A stretch of 63,189 nt of DNA, counting the filler, from Globobulimina sp. (taxonomy: Eukaryota), in assembly GCA_003354225.1 (NCBI GenBank). It is 26 parts of 26 records of this genome, joined end to end, with 100 filler letters (N's around TTAATTAATTAA, not from the genome) between each part and the next. Parts side by side here need not be neighbours in the genome. Positions count along the whole stretch, not along the records: positions 55,992 to 58,324 come from PIVH01007327.1; positions 58,425 to 60,757 come from PIVH01007328.1; positions 60,858 to 63,189 come from PIVH01007329.1; 23 more parts are not named here. One strand, given 5' to 3'. The notes under the pieces are model-generated. The model did not search any database. It had not been told where the DNA came from and was given only the letters and a program-made list of their open reading frames with translations. A program made the position numbers and the translations under genes. The first letter of the stretch is position 1, and each line of letters starts with the position of its first letter. Shown piece by piece: positions 56,733-63,189 of this stretch.

Positions 56733-58324
56733 CTACTTATCATCATCGGTACCACTGTCAATTTTAACATCATCCCCTTGATAAATATTTAGATTACATC
56801 TTAATTTTTTTATTTTCCTGATAACATTTTTATTTTTAAAGTTGTCAATATCGAAAAATAATTGATTAGGATCAGCAATACCAAATTGCATCTCATCTAT
56901 AGGCAATAAACTGAAATATTTGCATCTGCATTTATGACAATCATGATATTCCACCCATTCGTCGATCGCTTTTATGCCAAAATCAGTGGGATTATTTGTG
57001 AAATAATGTGCATTGTACGTCGTCAAGACCGGATCAATAACAATCAACACTTGCGTCTGTGACTGCAATTTCTTATTTTTGCGCACTTTGACCTGAGAAA
57101 TAGCGTCTTTTTGCACATTAAATTTGCGACAAACATTCAAAAATATCGATTGCGACACGCCATATCCCTGCCAATCCCGTATCAAATCCAAACCACGCGT
57201 CAGGGATGAAAATAGATGTTGATACCTCCCAACAATGCTATCGTTGACACACGCTTTGCCCGAATTTGGTTCTATTTTCACAAATATATTATTGCTCGCC
57301 TTTGCCGGTAAAAAGGGTGCCTGCACAGTGGCATATTTCATACAGCCATTATAGTCAAACAAAATGGTCTCCACCGGCCAGATACAGACATCTGTTCTGC
57401 TCACAAACTCATCCAAATGGTTGACAGTCGCGGCTATCTTGGATAAATACTGCGAAATATGGCGCTCAGAGTCGAAATGGTGTTTATTATCTTCCTCTGG
57501 ATCACGCGCCAACTTTAATAGCCGCCGATATATTTTCCCTTTGTCATTATAGCCGTTGTTCTTGGCATTGGACCGTATGTAAATAACTAATAATTCATGG
57601 CAGGAACCTGCGATACGTTTGCATTGCGGCGCTAAGGCATACTGACCGGTGCTATCATTATATTCATTGAAACGGATCCATAGTTTCAGCGGTTTCCATT
57701 GCAATTTATTTAGATTGATCTGCGTATTGAAAGAGGCATACATTACATCGCTCATCTTTTCATAATCCATCTCGTATTCAGAATCACTGCTTCTTCCCGA
57801 CTGCACAGAGCCGGATGACGACTTGCAATGCGACGAACTGTCCGATTCTTGCTCATCTTCCTCGTCGTCTTCGCTCTCGCTATGGATCGCTGAGACGAAC
57901 TCTTCGCTTTCTTGCGTTTCCTCCTCTTCCTCTTCCTCTTCCTGTGACTCTTCCATCGCAGCGGCGTCTTCTTCATCTCGTTGGTGTTCGTAGCCATTGG
58001 CAATTTTCGAGTTATTTTCTTGATTTGCTTGGTGTTGGCTGTCGTGGTCGAGATAAGAGGTTGAATGACTTGAATCTGTGGCTGCTGTGGTTGTGCTGGT
58101 ATTGCTTGTGACGGATGACTCGGTTTTGAATTTTTTTTGGTTGTTTGGTTTTTTGGCCTTTCCTCTGGCTTTTGCTTTTTCTTTTTTTTTGTTTGGCTTT
58201 GTGTTTTTTTTGTGTTTCATTTTATGGATTTGCTGTTTGTTGTGTTTGCGGTGTTTCTTTTGCCGTGCTTGTTTTCCATGTTTTAATCTCCTTTTTTTTC
58301 ATTTGTTGCGTGGTTATTTTGGGT
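56733..58324 (-). CDS. Divergent alpha-kinase (eEF2K/MHCK fold) with basic and acidic N-terminal tracts, 5'-partial
   Basis: FVKIEPNSG, YQHL..G..IRDWQG, VIDP, TDFG..AI..W..HDC..C. Confidence 0.75.
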
Positions 58325-58425
58325 NNNNNNNNNNNNNNNNNNNNNNNNNNNNNNNNNNNNNNNNNNNNTTAATTAATTAANNNNNNNNNNNNNNNNNNNN
58401 NNNNNNNNNNNNNNNNNNNNNNNNC

Positions 58426-58992
58426 TGTTTATCCATATCGAAAATCAAAGTAAAACAGAAAATAATCCCAATATCCATTAATCAAATTTGTTATAATTAT
58501 TATTGCGATTATTATGAAAATATTGTAGACACATTCGAAATTGCGCATAAATGGATTACAATCTCAAACAATGGGAAAACTGTTACCAGCAAAGGTGATG
58601 GTAGTTGGGGTCGCGAAGCATTTGGAAGTATAGGAATTGAGGCAGGCAGCAAAAATAAATATAAATGGAAGTTGACATGTAAGCAAAGGATTGTTTCAAT
58701 GTTCATTGGTATTCATTCAGACAGGAATGTTGATGCTAAGTGGAAGAGGATAGATTATGGATATAATGGAAGGAATGGTACTAAACGGCATTTATGGGAA
58801 GATGAAGAATATGGAATTGAATGGGGTGCCGGTGATGTAATTGAAATGAGAGTTGATTTTGAAAAACAAGAAATGGGATATTCAGTAAATGGGAGTGATC
58901 AAGGAATTGCTTTTAGGAATATACGGTTGGCAAAAACATATTATTTGTTTGTAGGAATGGGTGCATCGTTGAAAGTATCGAGCATTGTTTAA
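58426..58992 (+). CDS. SPRY/B30.2-domain protein, 5'-partial
   Basis: IPISINQICYNYY..AFG..YKWKL..YG..WGAGDVIEMRVDF..YSVNG.DQGIAF. Confidence 0.85.
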   Translation, partial: CLSISKIKVKQKIIPISINQICYNYYCDYYENIVDTFEIAHKWITISNNGKTVTSKGDGSWGREAFGSIGIEAGSKNKYKWKLTCKQRIVSMFIGIHSDRNVDAKWKRIDYGYNGRNGTKRHLWEDEEYGIEWGAGDVIEMRVDFEKQEMGYSVNGSDQGIAFRNIRLAKTYYLFVGMGASLKVSSIV

Positions 58993-59140
58993 AATGATTT
59001 TTTTAATGAAATTTGATTGGATTAATTATCTAAAGGTACAATGTTTTGTTTATTGTATAAATAACAATTTTTTTTTTGAAGATGAAGATTTTCGCCTAAT
59101 ATTGCAGTTTTCCACTTAAACACTAGCTTATAGCCAAATC

Positions 59141-60757
59141 ATGAGTCAACTAACAGCAGAAATGGAACGCAACATCCGTACCCGCTGGGTGGTCGGCGAT
59201 TGGGTCGAAGTCTATAGCAAATCACGCGACCAATGGTTCCGCGCCAAAATCATCGAAATCTACGACGATGACGACGGCGAATGGTTGGCCGTGATGGTGG
59301 AAAACACGATGGTCAAAGAAGTGCAACGCTTCACGCCCGATGTCCGCCCTCTAATCTCGCACGACGACGACGACAGTGACAGCGGAATGGGCTCCTCAAT
59401 GAGCGGCGACTCCGGCGACAGTTCGAGCGAAGACAGCGATTCCTTATCCTACTCTCATTCCGACGAAGATGAGAAGGAAAAAATGCTGCGGAAACAGAAG
59501 AAAACGGCCAAGAAATTGTCCAAACATCACGAGTTAGTGATGGTATTCGTGTCGCGTACCGGCACCAACATATTCAATGGAAAATATGTATATTCCACCA
59601 CCTCGGAAGAGGGCTACCCAATGTTCGAACATGTCGACAATAAACACCTCCTAATCAAGCAAAACGAGGATGAAATGCGTTGGGAGTTTTCAAACAATAA
59701 AAAAAAGCAAGTCTGTTATTATGCGGACAGCGATAAGGAATTCCCACCGTCGTCGGGATGGAACAAAACGAAGTTCGGCGATTTGCCCAATCCGGGCGTG
59801 CGTTTGCAGCAACTTCAAAATGAGGAGCTGGAAAAGCCTCACTTTGAGGAGGATCCGTATAAATTTTCGCCGTTTTTGATCCAAAAGTATAAGTTCAAAA
59901 AGGTCAACAGAGAGCCGTTGGGCTTCGATTTGCAAGTTTTGGTGCTACATTCGCAATTTGTGGCGGTTAAGTCTATCAAACCCGAGTCCCAGGCGGAGGA
60001 ATTTGAGATTTTGCCAGGTAAAAAATGTGCGATTTTGCGCTCGTCGATGCTGTACTGTGTGAAATATATACTTTCAGTTTCAAACTATATTCATTTTACC
60101 ACTTTCAGTTTGAAACTATTTTATTTTCAGTCTGAAAACACAATTTCAGTTTGAAACTAAAACAAAAAAGTTTGAGGTTTTAAATATGTTCGGTTTCAAA
60201 CTGATTTAATTTTGCAAGCACGAGAAACGTATATTTTTCGGTTAATTTTGTAACATAACAAATGTTGCTATGTAGGTGACATATTAGTGAGTGCAAACGA
60301 GGTGGATTTGAGTGCAATGAAAGGGATCGAAGACGTATCCTCCGCCATAGAAAAGTTGATCAAATCGCTTGGCGACAATAAAGAAATAACCATCACCTTT
60401 GCGCGGGAAAAGAAAACCTTTAAAGTATTAATGTGCCAACGAGCGGGCACAAAATGCGTAAACGGCAAATATTCGATACAAGGCATGGAAAATGACGCGC
60501 TTTTATTTGCAAACAATAGCAACAAGAATCTGAAAATCATGCGGATTTATGAGAATAAGGAGGAGGATGAAGCTATTTGGGCCTTGCGCGAAATCAATGT
60601 GTTGCCACCACGCAAAGACCAACGCAAAAAACCCAAAAAACGCAAAAAGAGCAGGAAAAATAGCGACGAGTCGATATCATTGAGCGATTCCACTGAATCA
60701 TCGGAGGAGAATCATAGAGATTATTATATTGTATTAGCCTCAGCCAAAGACGAAATA
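59141..60757 (+). CDS. Tudor-like + PDZ multidomain protein, 3'-partial
   Basis: WVVGDWVEVYS.S..W; two NGKY repeats; PDZ LGF..V..I.P.SQA..PG/DILVS.N spliced across intron 60018-60275. Confidence 0.75.
60071..60204. repeat. Intronic direct and inverted TCAGTTTGAAAC repeats
   Basis: Direct copies at 60105 and 60146 plus variants; exact inverted copy at 60193-60204. Confidence 0.7.
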
Positions 60758-61235
60758 NNNNNNNNNNNNNNNNNNNNNNNNNNNNNNNNNNNNNNNNNNN
60801 NTTAATTAATTAANNNNNNNNNNNNNNNNNNNNNNNNNNNNNNNNNNNNNNNNNNNNAAAAACATTTTACCAGCAATCATATTATTTTGTTCTTATAGTG
60901 TTTTAAATCTTATTATTGATTGTGTGGTTTTAATTTTTTATCCTCTTTCATCCTCAATATACACTTTATGTAAAATGTTAAACGTTTTTGCAGATTATAA
61001 CAACAAATCATAAGACAAAAAAAAGTCATGACAAAATAGGTCCGACAAAAAGAAAAAAAAAGGGCAGACAAAAAAGTGGTCATGACAAAAATTAAAAAAG
61101 TCATAGTATTAATTAAAAAAAGATCAACAATCCAAATAATATAAACAATATTATATAGCACACATTTTAAACTCTGGCGTAACAAAAAAAGATATTTTAA
61201 TACAAATACAAATAAATGGTACAACAATACCATTG

Positions 61236-62108
61236 CTAACTCATTTTTGAGCTAACAATGCGTTTTGGAATAGGTTGGGATTTGGTAGCTCGCAACGACA
61301 TGATTTTCTTCTTTTCATTATATTGCATTGGCATAGTATTTGAATTTCGATATTCCAATGTTGGTCCAGGCGATCCCTCCATTAATACAGTTGTAATATC
61401 ATTGTCATTATTTTGCGAATTACTCAATTTATTGGATAACCTCAATACTAATTCAGCTGCCATGGAATGGCCAGACTTTGATTTAGATTTTGAATGTTCA
61501 GATTGATAATTTTGTAGCTCTCCGACTTCATCAATTTTAGAAACACTGTTAACACGCGATTTATTTACGGTTGTTGTCGCATGCGTTGTTTCTAAATCTA
61601 ACGTAATTTCGGTTTTATAATTATTGCCTCGCGATCCATTCGATTTTGATCGCGATGATGATATTTTCTTCGATGTAAAATCAACGATTTTATCATTTAT
61701 TCGGCCGCACACTCTTTGAAATTTCTTGTCAAAAAAAGAATATCCCAACAATATACACACAAAATTGCTAACAATGTCAAGCAATATAAACAATTCCAAC
61801 AGTAATTCTTCCAGAACAGAGTGCTTTTTATGGTCGCCACTATGTTTAATACTAAGTCCAACCAACACAATAACCACCAAAAACGTACATGATATGGATA
61901 TGATGGCTAATATGGTATTCTTTACCATTGTTTTTAGCAATAATTCATCAGCACCGAGACTCTTAAAGATTTGCATCAATTTACCCACGAACATCACTAA
62001 TATTGCTGTCGAGAACACCGCGGACATTGTAACGTACGGCAAAGCGATCCAAGAATCCGCCTCTAATTGAAATAGGAAATAAATTGGAAAAATACTTGAG
62101 AACGCCAT
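61236..62108 (-). CDS. Divergent 7TM-like membrane protein, C-terminal part
   Basis: FVGKL..MVKNTIL..LDIVSNFVCI; Ser-rich tail; related to the 20988 gene. Confidence 0.6.
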   Translation of the reverse strand: MAFSSIFPIYFLFQLEADSWIALPYVTMSAVFSTAILVMFVGKLMQIFKSLGADELLLKTMVKNTILAIISISCTFLVVIVLVGLSIKHSGDHKKHSVLEELLLELFILLDIVSNFVCILLGYSFFDKKFQRVCGRINDKIVDFTSKKISSSRSKSNGSRGNNYKTEITLDLETTHATTTVNKSRVNSVSKIDEVGELQNYQSEHSKSKSKSGHSMAAELVLRLSNKLSNSQNNDNDITTVLMEGSPGPTLEYRNSNTMPMQYNEKKKIMSLRATKSQPIPKRIVSSKMS

Positions 62109-62756
62109 AATAAATGCCGTTACATAACCGCGGATAATCCGTTTTGATAAATTAAATGGACTGTTTTGGAAAATGTAATAGATTCTTAAAAATAATACTA
62201 TCCATAAACAAAATATTTGGAAAAAATATAAGCCGTGATATATCGGACCTGTTTAGTAAAAAGTGAGATATATCAGAGTTGACTCTGCTTTTTGTATACT
62301 AATATTGCTTCGCAACTTAGTTTATATTTTGTTTTATATTGCGTTTCCGAAGAAACAGCTTATAATATTTTTGTTGTTGTATAAATTATACAAAGGAAAC
62401 TGTTGACATCGAACGGAAAAAATGCCTGAGGCATAACACAAAACAAATGAATATTAATAGGATATTATGGGTTTTCTGCAAAGATATGGCAAGAATTTTC
62501 AGAGCCATGCAATAAATCTAAAACAAGGTGTATGTACAACTGAAACAATAAACTGCGCATATTCGCAAGTCGACAAATACTGTTTCCATTTGACATTATA
62601 TTGTTTCTGTCATATGATATGCCGTATATTGTTTCTATTTGTCCACATTGTTTTTGCAAATTAATGGTATTTGCAGGCAATTATTGCAGCCCAATTGGTA
62701 CAAAGACAGACGCTCTACTTTAAGGTTTGCCGTACGTATTTCTGGTTTCTTGCCAT

Positions 62757-62899
62757 ATCTGGGATATTTTGTGTTTTTGTGCCATCTGTATGATATTTTT
62801 TGTACATCTGTGTGTTTTTGTGCCATCCCCGAAGGGTCGCGATCCCAAAATACAAAAATATTATATCAGATTGGCGCATAAAACGCAAATATCACAGAT
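62757..62899 (+). repeat. Long imperfect inverted repeat (MITE or hairpin RNA)
   Basis: Arms 62757-62804 and 62850-62899 are near-complementary over about 48 nt. Confidence 0.75.
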
Positions 62900-63189
62900 T
62901 ATCTTTGTCAGAATAAACCATAATATAATATGATATCAGCTATTAATTTGATACAATAATTGGAGGGTGCACTGATATCTGTGTCAAATCGCGGATATTC
63001 ATCAAACCCTGTTACGTACCTTCAATTTCGTCTAGACGCGGACATAGTAAATACGTCAAATCATAGAGCAATGCAGTTAATAAAACGATTGAGGAAACCA
63101 CAAAAAATATTAATCCTCCAAAATATAACGGTTTTGCTGGTTTTATGGCAACGTGCGCCAACGCTTGATGATCTATGATGTATCGGTAC

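Noticed and set aside
2338-60857. Regularly spaced TTAATTAATTAA palindromes as a repeat array or nanochromosome ends
   Set aside because: They are embedded in fixed N runs between size-sorted contigs, so they are a concatenation linker.
60913-61233. 106-aa hydrophobic ORF
   Set aside because: Arises from a low-complexity T-rich 3' region with short repeats.
1-63189. Operon-like or multi-gene system spanning the window
   Set aside because: Neighbours across linkers are unlinked; most contigs are intron-containing eukaryotic DNA.

Overview
This window is not one locus. It is 26 unrelated short contigs (2.33-2.34 kb, sorted by decreasing length) joined by artificial 100-nt linkers (44 N + TTAATTAATTAA + 44 N), so no synteny across linkers is meaningful. 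Most contigs are AT-rich, gene-dense nuclear DNA of a protist with short (55-90 nt) GT-AG introns. A divergent alpha-tubulin start and recurrent lineage-specific motifs suggest a foraminiferan (inference). Recognisable genes include SET, BLTP2/hobbit-like, fatty-acid hydroxylase, Tctex-1, RCC1, SLC38 and SLC44 transporters, sulfatase, CaMK, G-beta, calponin, Ariadne, APRT, alpha-kinase, SPRY, PPR-DYW and a multi-TM PIP kinase. One contig (21924-24257) carries Mimiviridae-type signals: an AAAATTGA promoter and a 13-bp hairpin terminator. The best novelty candidates are: (1) a DIRS/Ngaro-type gag contig (12182-14517) whose 1.3-kb ORF is looped out by a long-range RNA duplex attached to a multi-stem RNA; (2) a tyrosine-recombinase retrotransposon end (24358-26691) with 95-bp split direct repeats that fold into a SECIS/K-turn-like stem, and an ATG-less recombinase ORF; (3) tRNA-like genes lacking the anticodon, with a conserved 89-nt upstream element; (4) several genes with their middle deleted, or fused to an HNH nuclease at dual-frame junctions. 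All protein calls come from motif recognition by eye; no searches were run.
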